A DNA stretch of 64,000 bases from Neocallimastix sp. 'constans'. Taxonomy: Eukaryota. Positions 13,514 through 27,699 of the stretch are shown piece by piece. Within the stretch, counting starts at the first letter, position 1, and every line of letters starts with the position of its first letter. The notes under the pieces are model-generated. The model saw nothing but the letters and a program-made list of their open reading frames with translations, was not told where the DNA came from and searched no databases. The translations under genes and the position numbers were made by a program. The stretch covers positions 930,001 through 994,000 of the forward strand of contig JBODTK010000014.1 in assembly GCA_050613775.1 (NCBI GenBank). The letters run 5' to 3'.

Positions 13514-15148
13514 CTAATTCTTTTTAATAAGGCATTTTTTGATAGTTTTTGGTCTTTTGATAGTTACAACTTTAGTGATTTGTACTGGTTCTTTTTCTTC
13601 TTCTTGTTCTTCAGCTTCAGTGGCTTCTTCTACTTCATCAGTTTCTTCTTCCTTAACTTCCGTTGGAGTATCGGTAACTTCTTCTTCTTCATCATCTGAA
13701 TCATTAATATCACTGGTTTCTTCTTCATCATTAACATCGACACTCTCCGTTGGTTCTTCCTTTTCAGTGAGAACACCAACAGTTTCTGTTTCTTCAACAG
13801 CTGTTGTAGTAGTAGTAGTGGTAGTGGTAGTGGTAGTAGTAGTAGTAGTAATAATCTTGCATTTACCATCAACTAATTCACTACCGGTAGCACATTCAGT
13901 ACATGTTTTTCCATCAGTACATTTAGTACAGTTTTCGGGACATGGTTCACATTTACATTTTTCACCAATGTAGGATCCATCACCACATTTAGTACAGACA
14001 TTGAAACGAGCAATACCACTAGAGTTGGCTGCCTTGAATTCCTTGTAACTCACGGATTCATTTTCATTCTTTGGTAAGGCGCCACGGTTGTAGTTAGTAA
14101 TATTAAGAGAGTAAGTGTCGAATTTAGCGGTCACTCCATTTTCATCAACGGACCACTTCACTTCTTCTTCTGGATTTTCAATAACGCTTGAACAGTTCTT
14201 TACGAATTCTTCAGTAAATTCTTTGTATGTGAGCTTCTTGTTCGAAGAAATAGTACAAATAACTTGATCCTTGCTTTGTTCATCACATCCGTTTTGATAA
14301 ATTTCAATTAAATACTTTTGATCAACAAGAATACCATCCATGTGACCATTTTCTTTTCCTTCTCTCTTAATGACATATCCATTGTAATGATCACCAAAGA
14401 GTTCATCCATAACTTCCATGGAAGCATAGGACTTCTTAGCAATATTGTAGAAGGTTGGATTATCACATTTGTCCGCATTGATGGTGTCGGTAGAGACATA
14501 CCATACCCAGTGGAATCCACCAACATTGTTGGTTTCACGGAAATCAATAAAGATACGACATTTTTCTCTGACAGCGTCTAAACCAGTGTTCATGTTCCAG
14601 GAAAGAGTATCGTAGGGAACATCGTTGGAGGAAGGACCAAATTCAACAATATTGAAAGGATGATTAATATCTTCTGGTGTAACATTTGAATAGTATAAGT
14701 AGGTATTCATTAAGGCATCATCCTTGAAGGTTTGCTTGATGGAAAGTCCATCACAACTCTTTAAATTCTTGATAACAAGAGAGAATTTTCCCTTTGAAGC
14801 AGGTTTAACTTCAAAATCTTTAAGATCATTTCCACTTTGAGTAATTTTAACATAGTCTTTGGTTTCCTTGTTTTCATCGAATGTATAGCCGGATTCATTG
14901 CTTCTGAGACCAACGTTACCATTCTTTAATTCAGCAATAGATAAATTGAAAGAACCATCAGAATTATTCTCTTTCTTAACCTTAAGTCCAGAAATATCGG
15001 CTTCAATACCAAAATTAACGAAATTGATATCACATTTATCTTCTTTTCTTAAAACCCCTTCCTTAGTATAATCCAGAGTGGCAGCAGCATTAACAACCGT
15101 ACTACAAGCAGCGACTAAAGTTAATAACTTTAATATATTCTTGAACAT
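13514..15148 (-). CDS. Secreted protein, paralogue 1 (544 aa): signal peptide, unknown domain, CxxC-rich repeat, poly-Thr linker, acidic tract, basic Cys-containing C-terminus
   Basis: Long uninterrupted ORF with coding-like composition, MFKNILKLLTLVAACSTVVNA signal, and a near-identical copy at 18786-20525. Confidence 0.9.
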   Translation of the reverse strand: MFKNILKLLTLVAACSTVVNAAATLDYTKEGVLRKEDKCDINFVNFGIEADISGLKVKKENNSDGSFNLSIAELKNGNVGLRSNESGYTFDENKETKDYVKITQSGNDLKDFEVKPASKGKFSLVIKNLKSCDGLSIKQTFKDDALMNTYLYYSNVTPEDINHPFNIVEFGPSSNDVPYDTLSWNMNTGLDAVREKCRIFIDFRETNNVGGFHWVWYVSTDTINADKCDNPTFYNIAKKSYASMEVMDELFGDHYNGYVIKREGKENGHMDGILVDQKYLIEIYQNGCDEQSKDQVICTISSNKKLTYKEFTEEFVKNCSSVIENPEEEVKWSVDENGVTAKFDTYSLNITNYNRGALPKNENESVSYKEFKAANSSGIARFNVCTKCGDGSYIGEKCKCEPCPENCTKCTDGKTCTECATGSELVDGKCKIITTTTTTTTTTTTTTTTAVEETETVGVLTEKEEPTESVDVNDEEETSDINDSDDEEEEVTDTPTEVKEEETDEVEEATEAEEQEEEKEPVQITKVVTIKRPKTIKKCLIKKN

Positions 15149-15171
15149 TTTGATTTTTTTTATATTTTAAT

Positions 15172-15208
<37 letters not shown>

Positions 15209-15716
15209 CCGTAAATAGGATTTTATAAGTTTAATATATATTTATATACACAAAGTAGAGAAGACTAAAAATTTAGTATTTTTAAATCACTCTTAATAAA
15301 GTTTAGAATTATTTATTTAGTTATTAAATGAATTTTGTAGGCCTCTAAATACCTAAAAAAAAAAAAAAAAAAAAAATTTATAATTTTATTTAAATTATAT
15401 TAAGATTAGATATTTATATTAATATAAATGTATATAATTTTTATAAGAAATTATAAGATTCTTATCAACATTTTATTTGAAAATACCTAAAATAGAGGAT
15501 AATTTTTTTTTTTTTGAGAATTATTAAAATTAAATTATTAATAATGATGAATATTTAAATTGGTTTATATTTCTTTTAATTATTATTAATTAGATTTATT
15601 AAATATTTGATTTTGAAAAAAAATATCAAAGGAAAAGTAAAGGCTTTATATATATATATATTTTTTTGGAATTATTTTATTAATTATTATTATTATTATT
15701 TTTTCTATTTTACCTC

Positions 15717-15766
<50 letters not shown>

Positions 15767-18700
15767 ATATAATTTTATTATAAATATAATTATTTGGCCG
15801 TAGATTATGATCTAAATTAAAATTTAATTATTCAATAATTAAAATGTTTTATTTAAATTAAAAAAAAAATAAAAGTAAAAAACAAAAAAAAAAAAACAAA
15901 AACTTTATAAATTATTCCTTTTTTTTTTTTTTTTTTTTTTGGATAATGTTTTGGGTAAAGAAATATATTAACATTTTATTAATTATTTCGATTTAACATT
16001 TTATATTATATTTTTTATTTTCTTTTTATTTTTTTTTTAATTATAAAAGATTAATAAAAACTGACCAAATTTAATTTTTTTTTTGATTCCTATTAAAAAA
16101 AATATATATATATATTAAAGTATTGTTTAAATTTAAAACTTTAAATATTATTTTTTGATGATATTTTTGGTAGCCAATCTAAATAAATTTCTATTATTCC
16201 AATCTATTTTAATTATTATTATTATTTTTTTTATTTTTTATTTTTTATTTTTTATTTTATTTTTTATTTTTTATTTTAATTTTTATTTTAATTTTTATAT
16301 ATAATATTTTTTATATTAATTAATAAATGAAATAAAAAATTAAGAAATAAATTAAATATATAAAAATAATTATTTTTCCAGCAAATGATTAAATTTTGTT
16401 ATTGTCATATTTTATAATTAAAAAAAAATAATAGAATTATAGAAAAGAATAATTATTAGTATTATGAAGTATTAAAATTTAATAATAACAATGAATGTCA
16501 TGAAAATTTTAATACTTTAATAAAAAAGAAAAAATATAATTATTTTTATTAATATTAAATAACAAAAAAGAAAATTAAAAAAATAGTTTATTGATTATTA
16601 ATATAATTAAAAATTAATAAAAAATTATTATAAATAATTAAAGATAATAAAAATATTTAAACAATTATTTTTTGAAAAAGGATTATGGAAAAATAATAAT
16701 TATAATAAAATAATTATAATAAAATAATAATAAAAATAAAAAATAAAAAATAAAATAAAAAAAAATTAAATTAAAAAGACTATAATATAATTATTATTTT
16801 TTTTATAATTTTACTCCTATTATATTTATTTTTATAATAAAATAATTACAAAGATGATATAGAGAAGTGGATATTTAAATTTTATCTTTTTTTTTTTCGT
16901 TTTTATATGAAGAAAAAAAAATTAACTAAATTAATGATAAATGACTTTTATTAAAATCGATTATAATATTTAATATGAAATGATAATTTTAACTATTATA
17001 ATATTTTTTTTTTTTTTTTTTTTTTTAGATTTGACGTACTTTGTAATAAATAAATAAAAAACAATTTGAATATAGCAAAAAATATATTTAGAAAAAAGAT
17101 ATATTATTTGATGATTTTTGATAATTAATAAAATCATCAATATCTTTTTCTTTCTTTCTTTCTTTTTTTTTTTTTTTTTTTTTATTTTATTTTGTATTAA
17201 TTGTATTTATTATTTTATTTTTTTTTTCATTTTTTTTTTATTTTATTTTGTATTAATTGTATTTATTATTTTATTTTTTTTTTCAAGAAATATTTAATAT
17301 TTATTTTTATTATTTATTATTTAAATTGCTAATAAAACTTTATAAAATTAAATATATGTTTTTATCATTCATTAAATAATATTGGTAAGATTAGCTCTCA
17401 CAAATCATATTATTATATTTTTTTAATTTATATATATATATATATATATATTTTTTAAATTATAATTAATCTTTTTAAATTATAATTAATTTTTTTAAAT
17501 TATAATTAATTTTTTTAATTTTCAGTTTTATTATTTAAATTATTTTAATAAATAATTTCAATTAATATTTTATTTTTAAAATTATTTTTAATATTAATTT
17601 TTAATATTAAATTTTATTATTTTTTTTTTTGTTAGTATTTTTTTTTCATAATTTAATATTTTTACTATTTTTTATATTTATTTTTTAATATTATTACTAT
17701 TTTTATATATATATTTTTTAATATTTTTATAAAAATAAATCCATGTTAATTTTTATTATTTCTTTTTTTTGTTAATAGTTTTATAAAAAATATTTTAATG
17801 TTAATATTATTATAAAAAATGTTTTAATGCCAATTTTTATTTATTTTTTTTTTTAATATTTTTATATAAAATATTTTTTTATAGTTTTTTTTTTTTTTAT
17901 AATTAAAATAATATATATATTTTTTTATTTTGGTTAATTATTATTATTTCTATTATAATCTTTTTTTTTTTCTATATATTTTTATATTTTTATACTTTTA
18001 TATTTTTATAAAGAAATATTTTATTAAATTAATATAATTAAATAATAAAATAATTAATAATACAAAAATATTTAAATATTTTTATTATAAATTTCTTCTA
18101 TTGTTATCATCAATTTTTTTTTTAAAACAGTTTAATTAAACTATAATTAATAAAATATTTTTACTATTATGCTAATTAAAATGCTTATAATAAAATATTT
18201 ATATTATTATACTAATTAAAATGCTTATAATAAAATATTTATATTATTTTACTAATTAAAATGATTATAATAAAATATTTATATTGTTATATCGATTAAA
18301 ATGTTTATATTTTTAATGTAATATTAATTTCGTAATAATAAAAAAAAAAAGTTTTGTAAATATATAATAAATATTTTTATTTATTTTTTTTTCTTTATTT
18401 TTATTTTTTTTTTTTTTTCATTTACAAATAAAAATAAATAATTTTTTTATTATTAAAGGCCTAGCTATTATTATTATTTTTTTTTAGATTTATTTAACCT
18501 TTTTTTTAACCTTTTTATTATTAATTATATATAAATTTTTTAGTAATACTTTTATAAAAGTATTTTAAATTATTATATTTAATTTCTTATTATTTTTTTT
18601 TAATTTTTTTTTTATAGAAAAATAATTAAAATGCATATTATTCTTTAGTTAATAAAAATAAAATAGTAATAATGAATACATATATTATTATTATTATATT

Positions 18701-18785
18701 TATTAAAAATAAATTACAAATTATATATTTTTCTTTCATTATTCATAAATATTTTAAATTATTTTTTTCATTATCTTTATATTTC

Positions 18786-20525
18786 TTATAAATATTCTTT
18801 TACGGCACATTTTTTGACAGTTTTTGGTTTTTTAACAACCACTATTTTAGTAGATTTCTTTGAGGTATGATCAGTTTCTCCTTCTTCTTCTTCTTCGTCA
18901 TCAGTTTCATCGTCATCTCCTGCAGTAGCTATAGCTTCAGTTTCTCCTTCTTCATCGGATACCTCATCATTAGTAGCTGCTTCAGCATCGACTTCTTCCA
19001 TTTCTGATTCTTTTTCATCTTCAACTACCGTTGGAGCGTCGGAAACGTCATCGGGTTCAACATCTGAATCATTAATACCACTGGTTTCTTCTGAATCCTT
19101 AACCTCTTCAGTTTCTTCTTCATTATCTGTTTTGACAGTAACAATTGTATTACCAATAGTTTCTGTTTCTTCAACAGCTGTTGTAGTAGTAGTAGTGGTA
19201 GTGGTAGTGGTAGTAGTAGTAGTAGTAATAATCTTGCATTTACCATCAACTAATTCACTACCGGTAGCACATTCAGTACATGTTTTTCCATCAGTACATT
19301 TAGTACAGTTTTCGGGACATGGTTCACATTTACATTTTTCACCAATGTAGGATCCATCACCACATTTAGTACAGACATTGAAACGAGCAATACCACTAGA
19401 GTTGGCTGCCTTGAATTCCTTGTAACTCACGGATTCATTTTCATTCTTTGGTAAGGCGCCACGGTTGTAGTTAGTAATGTTAAGAGAGTAAGTGTCGAAT
19501 TTAGCGGTCACACCATTTTCATCAACGGACCACTTCACTTCTTCTTCTGGATTTTCAATAACGCTTGAACAGTTCTTTACGAATTCTTCAGTAAATTCTT
19601 TGTATGTGAGCTTCTTGTTCGAAGAAATAGTACAAATAACTTGATCCTTGTTTTGTTCATCACATCCGTTTTGATAAATTTCAATTAAATACTTTTGATC
19701 AACAAGAATACCATCCATGTGACCATTTTCTTTTCCTTCTCTCTTAATGACATATCCATTGTAATGATCACCAAAGAGTTCATCCATAACTTCCATGGAA
19801 GCATAGGACTTCTTAGCAATATTGTAGAAGGTTGGATTATCACATTTGTCCGCATTGATGGTGTCGGTAGAGACATACCATACCCAGTGGAATCCACCAA
19901 CATTGTTGGTTTCACGGAAATCAATAAAGATACGACATTTTTCTCTGACAGCGTCTAAACCAGTGTTCATGTTCCAGGAAAGAGTATCGTAGGGAACATC
20001 GTTGGAGGAAGGACCAAATTCAACAATATTGAAAGGATGGTTAATATCTTCTGGTGTAACATTTGAATAGTATAAGTAGGTATTCATTAAGGCATCATCC
20101 TTGAAGGTTTGCTTGATGGAAAGTCCATCACAACTCTTTAAGTTCTTGACAACAAGAGAGAATTTTCCCTTTGAAGCAGGTTTAACTTCAAAATCTTTAA
20201 GATCATTTCCACTTTGAGTGATTTTAATATAGTCTTTGGTTTCCTTGTTTTCATCGAATGTATAGCCGGATTCATTGCTTCTGAGACCAACGTTACCATT
20301 CTTTAATTCAGCAATAGATAAATTGAAAGAACCATCAGAATTATTCTCTTTCTTAACCTTAAGTCCAGAAATATCGGCTTCAATACCAAAATTAACGAAA
20401 TTGATATCACATTTATCTTCTTTTCTTAAAACCCCTTCCTTAGTATAATCAAGAGTGGCAGCAGCATTAACAACCGTACTACAAGCAGCGACTAAAGTTA
20501 ATAACTTTAATATATTCTTGAACAT
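18786..20525 (-). CDS. Secreted protein, paralogue 2 (579 aa), tandem duplicate with a different acidic tail
   Basis: Nearly identical to 13514-15148 from the ATG to ..AVEETET, then diverged. Confidence 0.9.
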   Translation of the reverse strand: MFKNILKLLTLVAACSTVVNAAATLDYTKEGVLRKEDKCDINFVNFGIEADISGLKVKKENNSDGSFNLSIAELKNGNVGLRSNESGYTFDENKETKDYIKITQSGNDLKDFEVKPASKGKFSLVVKNLKSCDGLSIKQTFKDDALMNTYLYYSNVTPEDINHPFNIVEFGPSSNDVPYDTLSWNMNTGLDAVREKCRIFIDFRETNNVGGFHWVWYVSTDTINADKCDNPTFYNIAKKSYASMEVMDELFGDHYNGYVIKREGKENGHMDGILVDQKYLIEIYQNGCDEQNKDQVICTISSNKKLTYKEFTEEFVKNCSSVIENPEEEVKWSVDENGVTAKFDTYSLNITNYNRGALPKNENESVSYKEFKAANSSGIARFNVCTKCGDGSYIGEKCKCEPCPENCTKCTDGKTCTECATGSELVDGKCKIITTTTTTTTTTTTTTTTAVEETETIGNTIVTVKTDNEEETEEVKDSEETSGINDSDVEPDDVSDAPTVVEDEKESEMEEVDAEAATNDEVSDEEGETEAIATAGDDDETDDEEEEEGETDHTSKKSTKIVVVKKPKTVKKCAVKEYL

Positions 20526-20548
20526 TTTGATTTTTTTTATATTTTAAT

Positions 20549-20589
<41 letters not shown>

Positions 20590-23470
20590 TATGAAATATG
20601 AATATTAAAAAATAATAAAATATATAATGTTAATGAAATAGAAATTTCCCAAATAAATAATAATATTCTATTGAACGGATTATTATTAATCAATATATTA
20701 TTAAAAAATATTAATATTTTAATTATGTGAGCATACCTAAATAATGATTATTTCTATATTATAATAAAATTTAAACGGTTATAATATTTAAATTTTTCTT
20801 AAATTATATATTTTTAAATAATTTTTTTTTTTTTTTTTTTTTTTTCATGAAAAAGTATTTGACTTTTATATCTTTTTTTTTTTTTACAAATAAATTTAAT
20901 TGTATATTATTTCTAAAAAATTATGACATTTTAAATAACCAAATTCTTATTACAGATGATAAAATTCTTAATTACAATAATAATAATAATAATATTAATA
21001 TATAATTTATAATTTTAAAACTTTAATTTTATAATTTATTTAGTATTAATTAAGATTAATTAACATCATTATTATTTTATTATATATTTATATATATTTT
21101 ATTTTTTTATTTTTTTTAATTTTTAAATACTTTTTATTAAAATATAATTATTGGTTAATTAAGTATTTATAATATATTTATAATATTTTTTGGTAATTAA
21201 GAATTTAAATATCATTTAATATTTTTATTTTTTTTTTTTAATTCTTTTAAAAAATTCTTTTTTTGTTTGAATTTTTGAAATATTCATCCATTTGGTAATA
21301 TTTTATATTTATATTTATATATATACTTAATTAACACCAAAAAATAAAATTTTGTTTTTTTCAATATTAATAAATATTAATATTATTAAATTATTAAGAA
21401 TTAAATTATTATTTATGTAATAAAAGATATATATTTAATAAAAGATATAATATATATAATAAAATATAAATAATAAAATTTTAGTCATAATATAAGAAAT
21501 TATAAAATGATAATTAAAACTCTAATAACTATAAAATATAATTGATAATAATTAAAGACATTTTTATTTTAAGGTAATATTATTTTTAAAAAAGATATAA
21601 TATAAAAATTATATAGATAAATTATAATTTAAAAGTTTGTTTTTTTTTTTAAAAAATAAATTATAATTTAATAAAATTAAAAAAAAAAAAAAAAAAACTT
21701 TTAAACATTAGTATATATCAAATATACATATATAAAAAAAATAAATTAATTTTTAATATAATTTTCTTTAAAATAAAATAAAAAAAAAATATATATATAT
21801 ATAATTTAATTATATAAAATTTCTTAAAATTTTGTAATTAACAATTTTATTATAAATTTTGTTATAATTTATTTAAAAAAAAAATTGTTAAAAATAATTT
21901 CCTTTTTTTTATATTATTTACTATTATATTTTCTTCCAATTTATTTAATTAAGCTTAAATTTTTTGTATAATCAATCAATCAATCAATCAATAATACTAC
22001 ATCTTAATCTTATTTTTAATTGCTTTAATTTTAATCATTTTATTATGATTAAAATATTATAATATAGATTAAAATTAAAACAAGCATTTATAATCATGAA
22101 AGAATTTAAAATAATTTGGGATAATATAGATTAAAATTAAAACAAGCGTTTATAATCATGAAAGTATTTTAAAATAATTTGGGTTAAAGTTAAAATTATA
22201 ATATTTTTTTTTTTATCCTATTTGCTAATATTAATGAATTTAATTAATTATTAATATTACATCAATATTTGATAATTATTCATTTTAATTATTTGTTAAT
22301 TTGAATTTTAACAATTTTTATCATTAATATTTAAATTTTATTTAATGTAAAATTCTTCATAGATTTCATTTCAACATTTAATATTAAATCTTTATCAATA
22401 TAATTTAGTGCTTTCTTAATCATTGTATATACATTTTTATTTCATTTATTTATTTATTATGTTAAGAATTTTTTTGGAAATCTTATATTAACCATATAAA
22501 ATTTATATATATATATATAAATTTATATATATATATATATGTACATTTTTTATAGCTAATATAAGATAAGATTTTCCAAAAAAAATCTAATATAATCTAC
22601 ATTATAATAATTTAATACATATAAAATTTATATAGTAATTATATGTAGTGAAGTTCTGTATCTTTTTAAAGATAAATTTAATTGATTATGTATTTTTAAA
22701 ATATTTATTATTGTGTTTATTTAACTAATGACAATAAAGTTTAATAATAAAGTAAGATACCAAGTAAAATAATGACGAAAAATAATTAACTTGAAATGCA
22801 ACTTATTTAATTAAGTATAATCCATTTTTAAAATAATTATTATGATATCTAATAACTATTAAAATTAAAAAATTTTAAATAATTAATTAGATATCATAAT
22901 TATTATTTTAAGATAAAAAGTATTAAATATCATAATTATTATTTTAAGATAAAAAGTATTAAAATATATATATACATATATATATATATAATTATTTAAT
23001 TATAAAATTTCAATATTAAAAAATATAAATATTAAAGTGAAAAATAAAAAATCATTAAGGTAAATATCTAAATAATATATATACTTTGCTTTTCTCAAGC
23101 ATAAAAAAATAATTAATAATAAATATATGTTTATATAGATTTAAATATTTTAATGGTCCAATAAAAGTAATAAATAGCAAATAAAAAATAAAAAAAAAAA
23201 AAAAAGAAATAAAATAAAATAAAATATAATAAATAAAAAAAAATTTTAAAAATTGACAAAAAACTTATTTAATCACCCAAATTTTATATTTATAAAGAGG
23301 TTCATTATAACTCATTTATTTATTTATTTATGTATTTTTATTCTTATATTAAATTATTATTACAAGATAATTTTTTTTTTTTTTTTTTAATTTTCTTCTT
23401 TCTTTAATTCTTTTTTTTTTTTTTTTTTACTAAAGAATAACTATTTCTTCTAAAAAATAACTAATTCATT

Positions 23471-23515
<45 letters not shown>

Positions 23516-24143
23516 ATATTTTTTTCTATTCAATAATATTACTATTATTTTGATAAAAATTAATTATTTAAATAGTAATCTACGTTGAAGTAGTTATACT
23601 TTGAAATTTCAGTTTATTTATAATTATAGTTTAAAGTAAAATAAACTGAAAATTTTCTTTAAATTTAATTTTTTATTTATTTATTGATTTATTTAATGGA
23701 TTTTTTTTTTTTTTTTTTAACAATTAATTTTTTTAATAAATAATATATTTTTATTTATTTATTTTTTTTTTTTTTTTACAAAATTTTAATAATAAAAAGA
23801 ATTTTTAGAATAATTTTTATCATATTTATTTTACTTTAGATTTTTAAATAATTAAATATGATAAAAATTATTCTTTAATGCAAAACTAGAAATACATAGG
23901 GTTTTTAAGAATTAGATTAAGCAATTTTTATTCTTTTATTTTTATAATTTATTATTATTATTATTTTTTTTATTAATTAATCATTTTAATTATATTTTTA
24001 CAAGTATATTATGATTAATTCTAATTCTATAATTTACTTTAATGGTAACACTAACTTAGGTATAATACAAATATTATTATATTTCCCAATAGTATTGTTA
24101 CATAACCACATTATTACTAATTGTTTGAGAGAGAAGTACTTAG

Positions 24144-24179
<36 letters not shown>

Positions 24180-24181
<2 letters not shown>

Positions 24182-24840
24182 TGAACCTCTTAAGGAGTAA
24201 CGTACTAATGGTTGATAGCCTTAGCAATAAATTGGTTTGAAACTGTAGTCTTGGTCTTGATATTTTTTTTTTTAATAAGTCTGGATTATAGAAATTGTCA
24301 TTTTATCAACTACGTCAGCATCAACCCCTCCCTCTCTTGTCTTATAAATTATAATTCTTCTTTGATACCAAGTATTGATACTTTCCTTTGGTATTTCTTG
24401 GTTTTCAGGACATGCTTGGATTTCATCTTCATCACTCGGTGGAGTAAACCAAGTTGTTCAATAACTTTGGGTAAGGCTCTAAGGAACTTACTTGGAATAT
24501 TGGATATAAATTGAGGGGGGGGGGAAAGGAGAGTGATTAAGGTCTAAATCAGTAATTTTTCTTTCTTTCCTTTTGTCAATCCCTACTATCTTGTAAGGAC
24601 CGAAATTTCTTGAGTGCTAACTTGTAGCATGAAAAGATATCATAATTCTCGGGTTTATCAAGATATACTAAATCTAATATTGGATATACAGGGGATAGTT
24701 TGTCCGTATGATTTTTTATTCATGTTATCTATCTAAGTATCGGGTCTGTGCAATCTCTAACATGTTTTTTTTTTTTTTTTTAAATTTCCAAGATTATGCC
24801 TGAAACTCTCTCGATTATTTTCATTTCACCTAGTGAGTGT
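24180..24840 (-). mobile_element. Decayed Ty3/gypsy integrase C-terminus and chromodomain-like remnant
   Basis: With frameshifts, the minus strand reads KLALKK..FGPYK (GPY/F motif, about 24590-24625) followed by a KYQYLVS-type segment. Boundaries are approximate. Confidence 0.5.
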
Positions 24841-25008
24841 ACCTTTTTTTTTTTTTTTTTTATAATCAAAAATAAAATTAAATAAAATTTTGTATTTAAA
24901 TATATATTAATAAATTGATCTTTTTTTTTTAATATTATAATAAATTTAAATTAATAAAAACTTTACAATAAGCGCAAACCTGTTAAATCAATTTTTTTTT
25001 GTTTTGGA

Positions 25009-27552
25009 TGTATTAATCCAACTATATTAAGCAAAACTTCACAATAAAGACACCCATGGGATACTTAATTCTATACTTTTGTGCAATATTCTCCTTCAAA
25101 TTTTTACTATACTTCCTTAGTAACTCTCTTAAGGTCCTGCCTACTTTTGGATAATGCTCCATCATTACTAAAATTATTTCAGGCTATCTACCTTTCAACT
25201 GTTCCAGGTCACTTTTGTTATTATTCTAGGCCACTTCTACTTCTACTATTATTCCAGGATTCTTATATTGCTAATTCTATGACCACTTTTACTACTATAT
25301 TCTAGGCTACTTCTACTACTATTCAAGGCATTTCTACAACTAATTTAGGATTACTTCTTTCAATAATTTTTGACATACTACTATTATAGAACATTATCAT
25401 CACTATTTAAAGATCTCTTCTAATAATTTTCTTTGGTTTTTATTATCTCTCTCTGGCACTTATTTATCAATTAACAATAACAACTACGTTTTTTTTACCT
25501 CTCCTTTTGGATTTATGCTGTTTTTACCAAACTCTTTCTTTTTGTTTAATCTTCTTACCTAATTTTGGTTAATGGAAGATATCAATGCTAACAAAGCTAC
25601 TAATAAGGAAGGATTCGATGGTGACTGTCGTTTTTTTTCTTTAAAGGATTTCTTATTAAGATCAATCTTATTTTCATGCTGTATCCTGAACGTTTTGCTG
25701 AGGTTGTCATTAAAGTTGTATATATTATTTTACGTCAATATGGGAGAGAAATGAACTGGGTTGCTTCCTTGATTGAAAATGAAGATCCTTGCCTTTAACA
25801 ATTATAATGTTTTTGTTGGAAGATTCAAAGTAACCTTCGGAAACAATGATGCTACTTTTACTGCTAATCAAAAAAACTCAGAACTATTAAACAAAGACGT
25901 TTAGGCGATATTACTAACGACATATTAGAATTTAATAAATACGCCGATGATTCTTTATGGAAGGAAGAAGCTAAGATGGATGCCTTCCTTACTGGACTAC
26001 AAGTCCAAATATGCTACAAGAATTCTCGAAATGTTCGAGATCCATGATTCAAGATCCTTGTTTGCAATGCAAACTATCTCTTCAAGAATCGATTTTCGTA
26101 TATCCACCAAAAGAAACTGTCTCTACCCTTCCAAAACAGACCGAACACCCTTTTTAATAAAAACTAGAGAAAAAAACTTCATCCCAAATAAAAAAGCCAT
26201 CTAAATCAAGGTTCCATGGACCACTTACTAAAGAAGAAAAAGAAAGAAAGAAGAAGAAGAATAGAAAACTTCTCTTCATATTGTGGATCATCAGAACATA
26301 CTCTCGAGATATGCTCGCTCAAAAACAAATGTAAATCATCTTCTAGTATTTCTTACATTACTAATCCTAAACCAAAAATAACCTCTAGACTAAAAATTTC
26401 TGACCAACTAAAGTTAAAAGGTCCAATCTTCGAATTCACTCTTAATATCTTGAAAATCATCTATTAAAACTAAAATTTTACTAGATTCCGGATCGCAACT
26501 CAATCTTATGGATGTCTGCTTTGCAAAAGAAAAGAATATTCTTTTACACCTCCGAAGCCGACCACCTCGAAATGGGAGGAATTGGTGGTCATCAATAAAT
26601 TCTCGGTAAAACTTTACCAATCTCAATCTGTTATGGCAATCACAATTGTAAAGCCCAATTCTATGTTGTTGATTTACCATCTTACTCTACAATTCTCCGT
26701 TTTAACTGGGTTTTCATTCATAATGCAATAATTGATTTTTCTTCTAAAACACTTCACTTTAATTCAAATCATAGTATTGATAGATGCCTTTTTATTCCGA
26801 ATTCATTTATTACCTTTGTATTTTCAGTCAATCCAAAAAGCAATATATCTAGTGAAACAAATAGCCAAAATAACAAATTGCATAACAAAATTGATGACAT
26901 TAAAAAGCCTGTTACCTGCTAAATTAATTCCATTTTCAGATGCTTTCAACGAAGTTTCTACAAACGAACTACCTCCTCATCAACCATACCATTGTTAAAT
27001 AAATCTCAAACTAGATTCTAATTTATATTATGGACCAATATATCCATTATATCAGAAGAAATTAACTACTCTTAAAAAAAAATGTATCAAAGAAATGGAA
27101 TCTAAAGGATTTATTAGAGAGTGCAAATCTTCAGCAGGTGACTCAATCTTTTTCGTACTTAAAAAGAACGGAAGAACTTAGACTAGCTGTGGATTCCGGT
27201 AGACTTAACGGAAAAACTATTTTATCCGATTCTTTTCCGCTCCCACTTATCAATTATATGTTTGAAAATTTCCGTAAAGGTAAAATTTTCTCAAAAATGG
27301 ATTTACGTTCTGCCTTTAATCTTATTAGAATTAAGGAAGGTCATGAATACAAAACTACTTTTACTTGTGTTTATGGCCACTATGAGTACTTGATAATACC
27401 TTTCGGCCCTCAAGAACTCCCCTGCTGTATTCAACATTTTATCAATGATTTTTTTTTTAAGATATTATTGGAAAATATGTTTTCTGTTTTATTGATGATA
27501 TTACCGCTTTCTCTCTAGACTTGGATACTCATTACAATTATCTTATCGAAGT
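25009..27552 (+). mobile_element. Decayed Ty3/gypsy (chromovirus-like) element: possible LTR about 25009-25393, then gag, protease and RT truncated just after the DD motif
   Basis: Broken frames give gag FDGD.., zinc-knuckle remnant YCGSSEHTLEIC, protease LLDSGSQLNLMD (about 26478), and RT KMDLRSAFNLIRIKEGHEYKTTF..YGHYEYLIIPFG and VFIDD. Many stops and frameshifts. Confidence 0.85.
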
Positions 27553-27699
27553 AATTTGATATAGTATTAACTAACTAAGATAATTTTTTTTTTAAATTTG
27601 AATATAATATAATAATATAATATAGACAATCTAAAATAATAATATATATTTTATAATTATTTATTTAAAATTCTTTTTCTAGTTTAATTTATTTTATCA

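Noticed and set aside
13463..19958. Antisense and alternative-frame ORFs overlapping the two secreted-protein genes
   Set aside because: Shadow ORFs of real genes, duplicated only because the genes are duplicated.
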